The notes beneath the pieces are model-generated. The model did not search any database. It saw only the letters and a program-made list of their open reading frames with translations, and was not told the DNA's origin. A program made the translations under genes and the position numbers. A DNA stretch of 58,885 nt, the filler included, from Dirinaria sp. TL-2023a (taxonomy: Eukaryota): assembly GCA_051941275.1 (NCBI GenBank). It is 2 parts of 2 records of this genome, joined end to end, with 100 filler letters (N's around TTAATTAATTAA, not from the genome) between each part and the next. Parts side by side here need not be neighbours in the genome. Positions count along the whole stretch, not along the records: positions 29,538 to 58,885 come from JAVEBF010000116.1; 1 more part is not named here. One strand, 5' to 3'. Shown piece after piece: positions 37,729 to 48,832 of the stretch. Position 1 is the stretch's first letter. Every line of letters begins with the position of its first letter.

Positions 37729-38603
37729 TCTTAATCTAAAGAACTCCTCGACAGACGTAAACTTTGGAACCCGAAAGAAAAGTGCATCACCATGGCCGTA
37801 CACCGATACGTCTTCAATAGGCCTAGCAATATGCTTACATCTCGAACTGCGTTCCGCGGAGGAGTAATGCGATTGTCTATGTTTTCCTCATCCTTTATGC
37901 CTGATCTTTTGGTGGGTCTCCTTTCGTGCTCTTGAAACGAATCTTAATTCAACCAATGCTATCACGAGCGTCTAAACTTCAAGTTGCGACTCTCTTGCAT
38001 GAATGCTCTCGTATGAATTTGACTGGCCAAGTAGACCTCATTCTTGTTTTGCCCGCATTTTGATCGCTCCGGCGAAGAGATGACACCTAAATCCACGCAG
38101 ATTATAGGCCAATCGCAGCTCAGGACGGATGACTTTCTCCAAAAACTTTTATAGCGACTCAGACTCCTATCTGGAACCAAGCTCCTGAATTTAATTCAAA
38201 TTATAATTCTCTGTAAGATCACATGCGCCAAAATGATTCCTCAAGCTGCAGACCTATAAGATTAATTCATCGTCTGGAGAGAGGATGAAAGAAAAAAAAG
38301 GAGCTTTCGAAGCACATGCGCCAGAGCGCGTGCGAAAACCCAGCTTAGTAAGTATCGCAGACGCTCTTCTCCAGTTCACTTCACGCCGGAAGGGCATATG
38401 ATGCAAGCGTACTTTTTTTTCGCACTATATTCTTTGTTGATGGATCTGTACAGAAATACATGGACAAATCCCGTCCAGGAACAAAGGGGTGAAAATTCGG
38501 GTAAGTAGAGACTTAGCTAAGTAATGTTTCTACGAGGGATGGCATTACGCTTCTGGGTATCAATAGTGCTTCCATGAGAAAGTTGGAGCAGATTCAATAA
38601 TCC

Positions 38604-39372
38604 ATGACCATGTCTCCCGGAGCCAGCGCCAGCTCTCCGTGCAAATTGGCCTCCAACAATGAGGCTAGTAGCGTCACCACCAACATTCATGATCGTTCTT
38701 GGGCAGCCAGGAAAGAGAGAATCTTGCTCGGCCCGTACCAACACATGTGCGATCAGTCCGGAAAAGGTGTCATGGACCAATTTATAGCTGCATTCAACGA
38801 TTGGTTGAGAATCCCGGAAAAGAGTCTGAAAGTCATCTTGAAAGTCATTGGAATGCTGCACATGGCTTTACTGCTGTAAGTCGACTTACTCAGCCTTGGG
38901 AAAGAACGCCTTTTCTTACAGACGACTCTTCAGAGCTTCGAAGTGGGGACCCAGTTGCACATCATTTCTCCGCGTCGCTCAGTCAATAGAATCTGCTAAT
39001 TATATCTACTTCTTAGCTTTGAGGGAGCTATTCAACATCGGCAATCAAGAAATGACGCGCATATTTCTGGAAGAGCTCATCAATTTGCATCGAGGCCTGG
39101 ATATGGACATCATCTGGCGGGACACTCTAAAGTGCCCCACAGAAGGTGATTATTTGGAAATGGCAGGTAACAAGACTGGAGGGTTATTCCAGCTTGCTAT
39201 AAGACTCATGCAGGTGGAAAGCAGTAGTGATAAGTGCGATCTGTTCATTTTCTTCAAATTCTCCCGCAGTAATTTTCCTGACGAGAAGCACAGGGACTTT
39301 CTTCCTTTTGTGGAAATTATTGGAGTTCTCTTTCTGCTTAGCGTCGAAAGCCTCATGACATTCACGCAATAG
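38604..39372 (+). pseudogene. Geranylgeranyl diphosphate synthase remnant
   Basis: ERILLGPY..GK..FN.WL.IP, LHMALLL, DDSSELRSG.PVAH, ANYIYF.AL, EELINLHRG, CPTEGDYLEM..NKTGGLF. Frameshift near 38970, eroded first Asp-rich motif, truncated before the second. Confidence 0.8.
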
Positions 39373-40347
39373 GACCGAATCTATCTCAATTCCTTATGAG
39401 ATGAATTTTGGCGTCAGTGGATGGCTTGTAGAGGACTATCTCGATGGTGCTCTCCAAGGGTTTTTGACATGTCGGAGCACTTTTTTTTGGCAGCTTTCGG
39501 GTCCTTGTCCGCTGTGACTTCAGTATTCACATCCCGAGTCACCGCTAATTGAAAATCACCTCAGAATCAGACGTCTCCAAACCTACCTCGGTCATTGGAT
39601 AATTCAATACGGGCACTTCATTTACTATAGCTGTATGCTTCACGCCTGCTACATGTACGGTTATCTGCTTCATGCTTTGTGTTTGTAGCATACAGTCTAA
39701 TTTCGGGAATCTAGATTTGCAATTACTTGCACCAAGCGATGAAAGCGTGTTTCATCATCACAGAAAAATTCTCTTCATGAGAACAATCATTCCTCTGTGC
39801 GAGCTTTTGTCAACCCTATGTGTTCCAACGATGAATCGACTAACAGGAGACCAGGATTTGAAGAACGTTGAGAATCCGCCTTAACATAGGGCTAAATCGA
39901 AGATTACTCGGGAGGCCCGGAATTTGGCCGGCACATGTGATGGTCTCAAATGTTGTTTACTACCATGCACGCTGGATAGATCTCTTTGTTTCTTTAATTA
40001 TCTTTGCCTTTATGGCAACCAGGTAGACAAACATCTGATGCGTACATAGGCGTCTGGTTATGCCTCCAGATAAATTTCTTTAGTCAATGCTATGAATCCA
40101 ACAAAGAAACCTATCAACATGAATCAAGCGTGGAAAATCCTCCCCAAGTATGAATGAAGGCAACTAAAGTCATTGAAGAATACTAATTGCCTGCACTTAA
40201 GTACCTACTCTACCTCGTAATACTTGATCACAAAACCCAGCACTTCTCCGCATCCAGGACTCGTGTCTCCAAGGCAAGGACTCTGCTCACATAACATTCC
40301 ACGCCCCAAAAGCAACACAAGCAAAATACGGCTCGAAGATATCAAAG

Positions 40348-40815
40348 ATGCAGGTCGTCTTCTTACCTTTTCTACTTACGCTGAGCGTTTTCGCTCTAGC
40401 TCAGATCTCTCCTTCGTCGACCACGCCTTCCACAAGCACCGTCACAGTCGATCATACCAACTTCACCTTACTCAATAATGGTTTTGACAAGCGCAAGGCC
40501 AACAAGAAGCCACAACCACTACCTCACCTCTCATTCTACGATAAAGCCGATTGTTCCGATCATCCTAACTCGTATAAGGACATTGATGATCTCTTCTGTA
40601 CGACGGTTCACAATCATGGGAAATATTTTAAAATCAATTGGACGGATGTGACGCCAGTCTGCGTAACATACATAGAATTCTTTGAAGATGACAAGTGCCA
40701 GAGTGGCGGTTTCCAGGAAGCCAACTATCCGTCAACAACTTGCTTTGACACTAAGACTCTCGCACACAAAGTAAAGTCCATGAATTTTGTTATGGCTGGA
40801 AGTACAGACTGCTGA
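40348..40815 (+). CDS. Small secreted cysteine-rich protein (155 aa)
   Basis: Intronless ATG ORF; signal peptide MQVVFLPFLLTLSVFALA; S/T-rich pro-region; dibasic KR; 6 Cys in the mature part. Confidence 0.75.
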   Translation: MQVVFLPFLLTLSVFALAQISPSSTTPSTSTVTVDHTNFTLLNNGFDKRKANKKPQPLPHLSFYDKADCSDHPNSYKDIDDLFCTTVHNHGKYFKINWTDVTPVCVTYIEFFEDDKCQSGGFQEANYPSTTCFDTKTLAHKVKSMNFVMAGSTDC

Positions 40816-41275
40816 GATCTCCATGTGCTATTGCACCAGACCTTTGTCGTTTGATTTCCGCACGGATTTTCCTATTCTATCTTCCTAGAGATGTATGAAA
40901 AGAATGATTTTTCCGCAGGTGCTGTGCAAGCAAATGATGGAAGAACACAGTTCTGCTGGTATGAATATCGGAGATTGTATTTAGAAGGTGAGATGTGCGC
41001 TAAGAAGCTCGCGATGGATGAAATGACTCGAAAAGCAAGTCGGAAGTCTGTCCGCCAGAGATGATCCGTACATCGACCTCATAAAACTTTTTCTAGTCAT
41101 GTCTCCAATGAGACCGGATGAGCTAAGTGCCCATGTATTAGAGCCAAAAGACAATTCATATTCTCATTCGCAAGCTGTCGCCGTCGCAGACGACCAAGGG
41201 CCGGCTCCTGATGTCGTCAAAAGACCTAGAAAAGCCAGAAAAAAATTAGTTACAAAGTAAGCCGCCAAGAACGTC

Positions 41276-41608
41276 TTGGATAAGTCTTTCCATGAGACCA
41301 TAGCTCATATTCAGAATCGCTTAGAAGAAGGTTTTGAAATCGCTGACCCTGTTTGTGTCCACAGAGTAGCATCAATAGGGTTCAGAAATTCACTGTTACT
41401 TGACGATGAGATTGATCAATTATTGAACGAGCTTGCAGAAATTAAAATACTGTTTGTTTTTCGGCTGTTATTATCGTATGCCACGGTTCTATCGTCGACT
41501 CCCGGAGCAGCAAGTATTGCAGAATCTCTCGGCGACAAGGAGGTCAGTTTTTCTGACCTTAGAGCATGTGTCACAAGATTAGCCCTAAGAAACGAATATT
41601 ATTTCTAG
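41276..41608 (+). pseudogene. Fragment of a conserved fungal hypothetical protein
   Basis: DDEIDQLLNELAEIKILFVFRLLLSYATVL..A.SI.E.L.DKEVS.SDLR resembles, from memory, a segment of a large Pezizomycotina hypothetical protein. No ATG start and no flanking exons were recovered. Confidence 0.3.
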
Positions 41609-42394
41609 CATTCAAGGCGTTGTATAGCTTAGCAAGCGCTCTGCAGGATACTGTACTAAATTTTCACGAGTAGGAATTGTTCGTTCTGCTCTATTCTTCC
41701 TATATCCCTTCGAAGTACTTCTCTCAACAAAGGTTCAGAGTGATTTGAAAGAAAAGTCAAAAAATGGAATTGCCTCGAATGTCACCCCTGAAAAGGATGG
41801 ACACGAGGAACGATGTTCCGTAGCAGACTGAACATGCTTCACGAGGCGCAACTTTGATGATACTAGAAATGTTACTTATATGATGCTGGCTGATTTTCAA
41901 CAGGGCGCTCAAGGAAAACTTTGTCGATTTTATTTCTTCGTACAACCGTGCGTTTCGCTGCACAGAAGTTCTTCAAGCGCTTAATATTTTCTATCATCGA
42001 GGTATAGGCTATATGATTGAAAATTCCCGGACTTTATGACCCTTCATTGCCCCCTTGAGGGATGAAAATCTATCTATGACCATGGTCGTGACACATAGAC
42101 GCACCCGGTGTATGTCTGTATGCTAACCATGTTGGCAAGTATGACGAAGGAAATCAAGAAATGAAATCATACGAGAAAGATGACCAATGCGCCAAACAAA
42201 CATAAATGCAAACTTTTGAGCTTCGTCGGGCTCTAGATTTCGTTACTTAGTCTAAGGAGAGTTGATTTGGTCTTATCCGATATACAGCTTCACATGTTCA
42301 GAAGAAGAGAGAACACGGGCAATTACTCACCTGTTTGTTTATCAACAGGGTATCAAAGCTTATTCTCTCACTTAAGAAGTGTCGTAAGATATCT

Positions 42395-43509
42395 CTACGC
42401 CGTTGAAGCCGTGGAACTAGAACCGGGCAGGAGTTCAATTACGACTCTTCCTTGTTGACCTTTACTGATCAGCTCGTTCTTATGTATTTAGCTCTTTGTC
42501 GTTTGAGACTAACCTCGTCCGAAAGCTATACCTGCTTTCCCTCGATTGGCACACATGTCCTCAAGTGCGACCATTGCCTCCCAGAGATGATAGCGCGTTT
42601 CAACATCATCTGCTCCTGCTAGATCAACTCGGTAAACACAGTCTTGCTGCCCTGAAAGCAGGATGGACAAGTGATTCATTAGTTTCTGTACAACACATTA
42701 ACATTCTCCAAGACGGACGTACTTGGCAAAACCTCGTAAGGAACTACGATGTCGAGAGTTGATTGGCGCACATGGCGTACCCCGCTGTAGGCAGTCGAGA
42801 GCAGCATGTTATCACAGATAGCGTCGCAGCCGCGTGGTGGCAGAGATGGCCTGCGTGACGTTGTACATCGTATCATAGGGGTGTAAGCTTCCATTTCAAT
42901 CTTCAATCTACCATGCTCCCCTGAGACCAGGATCAGCTTGCTGAACGTTTAGGAGAACCCGACACGCACCGACCCCAGTAGCCATCCCACCCTCCTTCTG
43001 TCCAGTACCAAGGAGGCATCGAGCTATGAGTTCTGCCGCCACTTCACGAGTCTCGAGCAGAGATGCTCGCTCTGGGAGTCCCCAGTCGGATGAAATAGTA
43101 AAAGCACAACGGCCATCCGCTTGAACGACTTGGTAAGTATTGATACACTCATGCTTATCTCGAAGATTTACTTACTGCTCAGGACGCGTTGTGGAAGGAG
43201 AATGTCCCAATTACCCATCTGTCGTTGCCCGAAAGTTGCTACACGACGACTCGGAGACCATCCAGCCAATGCGTTGTTACAGCTCGCGAGCAAAAGATCC
43301 CGACCATAATGTAGACCATCACAAGCAAAGTCCAGCGCCTGTAAGACGGGCTTGTCGGACGATGTTGATATAATTCTAGTCGTATTGGAGTTGGTCAATA
43401 ATGGTTTGACTAGATGTGAGGTATTATTGGAAGGAAATGACACATGTCCGCGTGTCTCGTGAGAATACAGGAGGCTTGACAATATTAACGCTAGAATCCA
43501 AGATGGCAT
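42395..43509 (-). CDS. Secreted Cys-containing protein with two tandem homologous domains, 5 exons
   Basis: Signal peptide MPSWILALILSSLLYS; four canonical introns give one open frame ending ...GQQGRVVIELLPGSSSTASTA*. Confidence 0.75.
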
Positions 43510-45638
43510 GACGAGTCCTTCCAATCAAGCCCATGCACATACTGATCCCTCAACAACGAAGACACAATCGATCAATATCAACGGCTCATGAGAACTCCGA
43601 AGAATCTTAGAAAAGCCGAGGTTTGGCAATTTTCTACATTGGAAAAACAAGTGGACAAGCTCTCATTCAGAGAAGCGTATCAGGAGGCTCCTCTTATCCT
43701 GCCTGACGCAAGGAAGGGCGCTAAACTCATCACCGCATTCCAAAAGCTAAGGTTTTAAGTTTGAGTTTGATTTTCATTTTGATTTGATCGCGTTAACTTC
43801 GGCCGCCTTCCCGTCGCTTCGAATGCGCAGAGTTCGCATCAACTGCAAGCACTATTAATATTTCTGCCCCAATTTATTCAAGTCCAGAAATTTAGACAAT
43901 AATTCGATCAGCCATAAGTCCTACGAGCCGTTAGGACAGCAACTGTAACTATTCATATTTTCCAATCCGATGCTAGGCTCAAGCACCTTGCCGAGATCAT
44001 CCTTGCGGCATCTGCTCGCTGCTCGCTTATCTCGTTTCATTGTTAGTCCCATAACTCTGCGGAGCGCTCTTGTCTTTATGTCTATCTTCTCAGGCCTTTG
44101 GTAATCAAAATAACCTTACTTATGATAGAAAGGGAGAATTGTCTCCATAATATCAGCTTTCTGAGTAGACGGTGCAGCTTGAGCGACTTGGATTCCCTTC
44201 GGAATCCGTGATCGATTTGTACTCAAGAGAGTACTTCTTTGTCGTAGAATCGTCATAGATACTACTAAGTGTAGCTACTAGTTTCTTTCGCAGCTTTCTC
44301 CGCCCTTTTCCCCTATTCTAGTCAATCCGCGTTTCTCGGTTTGACATTACTTAAAACGTGCTTAGTGTAGCGATTCTCTCGTTACAAATGTCGAGCAAAG
44401 ACGTCAGCACACGCCGTGTTGGGACGTGCAAAACCTCGGAGGAATCCCAAAAAACTCTTGGCAAGCTCATAAATACTTTGTAGCAGAATCGAACGATTCT
44501 CGAGGAAATTGAGAGACAAGATCCGAACCCAAAAGATTCTCAACCCTTCCCATGATCTCGAACAAGGATTCTCTTGATGTGATTATATCCCGACCTGATA
44601 AATTATTGCAACAATCACAATACGGTATTGAGGAACATGAAACCCAGAAAAGGCCATGGTGAGTTGATTTTCGCGGAGCTGCATCTGCTGGATTCCCTCT
44701 GATGGCTATGAGTAGAAACGAAGAAGCAGACTTCCTGGAGTGTGACCAGCATCGAACAGGAGTCGCGTCTGAGCCGGAACCACTTGTACATGTGAGCCAT
44801 GACAGCAGCAATTTTCAACTCTTGCAGCTCTGGCAGGTTGCGAAAATAATGAAGCGAGCGGTACATATCTTAGGTGTAGGACCATAGGAATGGCGTCATA
44901 GCGTCTTGTCATCTTTATCCCGTCTTGGCATTGGCCATCTAAGCAAATACGATAAGACAGGTACGGATTCAGTTCTGAAAAAGATTATCTCTATGAATAC
45001 TATAAGACACCTGCAATCATTAGTAGAACAGATCGCGATTGAAATCTTTGCGAATCTCGACTGTCAGTGTGGAACAATTAACAGTACGGCTCGATGGCTG
45101 ATAACGGACTGTATGCAAGATTTGCGCCAACGAGTTCCAACCTATGCGCATTGATAAGTAGGCCTGTTCTCTTAGCCGACACCAGCCGTGCGACTTCTAT
45201 TAATATTGCCCGAGAGAATCTTTTCCTCAGGCAGTAGTACCTAGGAAACTTGGAATTCGGTGACGGAAGCTAAAGTAATCTGACGTGAAAGTAGTGCCAA
45301 CATCATAATTTCCTTCAATGCTGCTCTGAACTTTAACGTTCGATGTATACATTCGCGGTTTTTGCTCCTTCCTGAAAGCAATGCAAACCGCCTATCTCTC
45401 AGAATGACTGTTTGGGCCCTTGTGTCTTTGACCTTTCGACCGGCTAGCCACATCCAAGCGCATAGAAAGGAAATTCCATCCGCTCGATTTTCCAAAGTCA
45501 GATTGCCCACATGGATCTTGCTCCAAGAACATGCGATAGCTTTGTCCTTCTTTTCCACGTATATAAATCACCGTATGCTTCGGCCATCTCAAGCCGTCCA
45601 GAAGGGAGTTTTGATCGCGGTCGATCGTTCAAGTCGCG

Positions 45639-46817
45639 ATGATCGGCCTTCGAGATGGTTTACAAGTTGTGGTTGTACTTTCTACGCTTTTCAAATCATC
45701 CCAGTCAATCCCTAACCCAGAAGCATCCAATGCAGCAGCTCTTTTCCAAGCAACTAACGCAGTGCCTTTTCCGCACCCATCCGCTTCTACTGCATCAGCC
45801 TCTCCGTATGTGGTGCCAACACTAACCTTTTTCTTTGCGCTTGCTAATTATCGCCATTACAGGTCTTCGAATGGAAATCAGGCTCACTTTCTGGCAGACT
45901 ACACGTATATAGTCCTTAGTAAACAGTCCGATGGCAGGGTCATGCCATTTGCAGAGACATCGCGCTTGCTGTACGAAGCCGGGGCGGATATACAGCGTAA
46001 GGTGGTCCAGCACGGTGCCGACACCCCTTTGGTGGATGACTACAAATACGTTCATGGAAAGCTTTACCTCGAAGCATGGCAGGATATTTCAGAGGTGGAG
46101 ACTAAAGTAACATACGACATGGTCCGGAACATGGTCAGAGCATTAGAAAGCAACCTTTGGCAGTTGGATGATGTTGAATGCGACGTAGCTCTCTCACGAC
46201 TAGTAAGAGGCGTAGCTCAACCTGGTGGCCATGGTCTTATAGGGTTCTATGACAACACTTCCACAAATGGCAGGAACAGCACAATTACAAGTATTATCAA
46301 TGGATCAAACGGGACGGCGCGGGCTTTGGGTGCCGACAGCTGGGAATACCCGATTGGAGACACACTTTTTAACATCCAGAAACTCACCCATGGACGGAGA
46401 ATGCCCATTCTAGAGTCACTGCAGCTCCTGGATGAGGCTGACAGGGATCTAGACTCCCAGATCGAACAGCGTGGTGACGATACACCTATAGAAGGGGGCG
46501 AGTATTTCTATCTCTTTGGTGGCCTCAGACTCGCAGCGCGCCAGTATGTTGGTGCGCGAGTGCCAGTAACATATGATACTGTCAAGGACATGGTGACCGC
46601 CCTGAAAGATTGCTTCTGGAGAGTGAACTATGTGGAGTCCACGCTGAAAATCTCTCGTATAAGCTCTCGCTCGCTTTTAACTTCTGGCGCCGGGTCGATA
46701 TCATTTCAAGATATCCTCAACAGAACGAACTCGTCCGTTTCGACCTTCAGCTCTGCGGCTCGGAATCGAACCCTGCCAGGTCCAGGAAACCCAGGAAGCT
46801 CGCTTGATACCGCTTGA
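45639..46817 (+). CDS. Secreted protein with an internal duplication of about 115 aa (probable in-frame 57-nt intron at 45806-45862)
   Basis: 392-aa ORF; hydrophobic N-terminus; repeats GRVMP..E...LL.EA..D.....Q.G.DTP...Y.Y..G.L.L.A....VTYD.V..MV.AL....W....VE......G.G.I.F; N-x-S/T-rich linker. Confidence 0.8.
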   Translation: MIGLRDGLQVVVVLSTLFKSSQSIPNPEASNAAALFQATNAVPFPHPSASTASASPYVVPTLTFFFALANYRHYRSSNGNQAHFLADYTYIVLSKQSDGRVMPFAETSRLLYEAGADIQRKVVQHGADTPLVDDYKYVHGKLYLEAWQDISEVETKVTYDMVRNMVRALESNLWQLDDVECDVALSRLVRGVAQPGGHGLIGFYDNTSTNGRNSTITSIINGSNGTARALGADSWEYPIGDTLFNIQKLTHGRRMPILESLQLLDEADRDLDSQIEQRGDDTPIEGGEYFYLFGGLRLAARQYVGARVPVTYDTVKDMVTALKDCFWRVNYVESTLKISRISSRSLLTSGAGSISFQDILNRTNSSVSTFSSAARNRTLPGPGNPGSSLDTA

Positions 46818-47270
46818 GAATGAGTTGCTCTCTGGTGATTTTGGGCACACTGTTTGTGATCCAAGTGGGATTGACGCGATAGAGTCAAATGTATTACACT
46901 TCGATTCTTGAAGCTCCGTTATGCAGTGGAGGGAGGTGGCTGTTTTTGGCGTTATTGCGCTAGGGCCTTGGAAACCAAGACAGTCAATGATGCTAAAACT
47001 ATCCACTTGCAGTCGAAATCCGACTGATGACGATACAAGTTCTTACCAAGCACACAGACCTCTATCGTTTTCCATTGCTGTCTATTCGTTTGCTAGTCGA
47101 TAGACGTTTGAAAGCGACGGGAATGATGAAGCGAATGTATGAGAATGAGACTGATGATGTGTGTATATGTCAGGCATTGCGAGATTTTAGAGGTGAAACC
47201 TTACTGCACTCTTCGATGCTTCGAAACAATTCTGCTGAGGCAATCTATCCTAGATAAGTCACGATATATT

Positions 47271-47318
47271 CTCTCTCTCTATCTCTTTCTCTCTCTCTCT
47301 TTTTTCTTCTTTTTTCCT
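47271..47318. repeat. (CT)n / pyrimidine-rich microsatellite
   Basis: ctctctctctatctctttctctctctctcttttttcttcttttttcct. Confidence 0.7.
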
Positions 47319-47528
47319 GTGCACCTTTGGACTGAACGAAAGAAGGAAACAAATATCTCAAAACCGACTTCACGCAGGCAAAAGCCGAAGATTGACATTT
47401 CTTGGCCATAGCACAAACTCATCTACAAGTGCGCGTCATGCAAAAGAAACTTCACCATGGAGTAATAACCAACCATTCTCTAAAACGCTTCAGATTACCG
47501 CCCAAAAGATCCCTTCTTCTATCGACGC

Positions 47529-48832
47529 TTAGAAGTCGTCTGTTTTGAAAGTCCTCAGCAGGACTTCATCCTTATCCCCTCGAACTACCGCCTGCGGAAC
47601 CTGCTTTGGCGGCTGCTCCCCCAGCGGCGTGTAATTTCGGCTGCTCCGTTGGGTCCCAGCTCCAATGACAGCATCGCCGATCCCGGCCCTCGGACCATTG
47701 CTCCACGATGACGGCAAATACTTCGAAGCACGAAACCACCGTCGGCGTCGCTGGGAGCCTTCGAAAGTTCCGAAGGAATTGTAATAGGACGATGGGCGGC
47801 GTTGCGAAAGGGCTTGGTAGAGGCGGGGTAGGGTTGGAATGGTACCGGCGAGGATGACGGTAGTGAACTCGGCAAATATCCACATACAGACGTGGCTCAT
47901 GGCCCATGTTGAGTCGGCGGCACGGGCAACGCGGATGGTGTAGACGAGGCGGAAGACGCTGCTTGTGCAAGCGCTATGCAGGAGAAGGAGTAATGATTAG
48001 AGAAAATTTTCGAAGAGGGTATGTGAACTAAAAAGGAGCCTTATAAGACCCCGCTGCTGAAGGCGGCGGAAATGATGAGCTTTCTCTTGACGGCCATTTT
48101 GAGCTTATACAACCCAAACACGGGAAGAACGAGGATTGTCACATCAGAAACGATGTTGACTGCGGAGGTTACGAGGATCGATGCATTTATTGAAATACAT
48201 TTTCCCGGCAGCAGTGGATTCGTGAGTTTGGCTCTAGGCGAGCAGACACCGATGAAGGCGGCCGTTACAGCTAGGTAGAATAAAAGGTTCAACCATATTA
48301 GGACCTGGATCGACCAGAACACTGAATCCCGCTTGCTGCCTCGGAAAATCCGTTGCATTTGTAGCAGCACGCAGAGCTTGGCAGGGAACATGACAAAGCC
48401 ATAGAGAATTCCGAGAATGTTTTCGAAGCCAAGGACGTGGAGAGCCTGTGCAATCGTGAGGTCCCAGAGGTGGTGGGTTAGATTGGTGCTACCGAGCGCG
48501 ACGCCAGCGAAGGCGATGAAGGCGAGACCAGAAAAGACAAGTGCATCTGAGAGTGGTGTAAAGTTAGCTTCAAAGTTCTCTTTTGATCACACAAAACATT
48601 TCTTTGCGTATTAGAACATTGATGTACAGTCTTCAATCTCAACTTTCCTCATGAGCACAGCTTTCACGAATGTGCGCAAGAGGATCGATAGCAGTGAAAC
48701 AGTCAAACAGATCGCCGCAGTTGCTATCAGCCAACCGTGCATCGTTTCTGGATTGTCGAGGTCCGGGAGCTGCCCGTTCGGCGGCTCCATAGCTGGCGTG
48801 GTATTTGGGTCATAGTCTGCGGAAGTCACCAT
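47529..48832 (-). CDS. PTH11-like (fungal rhodopsin-domain) integral membrane protein without CFEM, 3 exons
   Basis: PAMEPPNG..DLDNP, LRTFVK..ED, HLWD, AKLCVLLQ..RIF, C.PRAKL.NP..PGKC, NIVSDVTILVLP..LKM...K..F..G, W..AE....ILAG.IP.LP. Confidence 0.88.
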
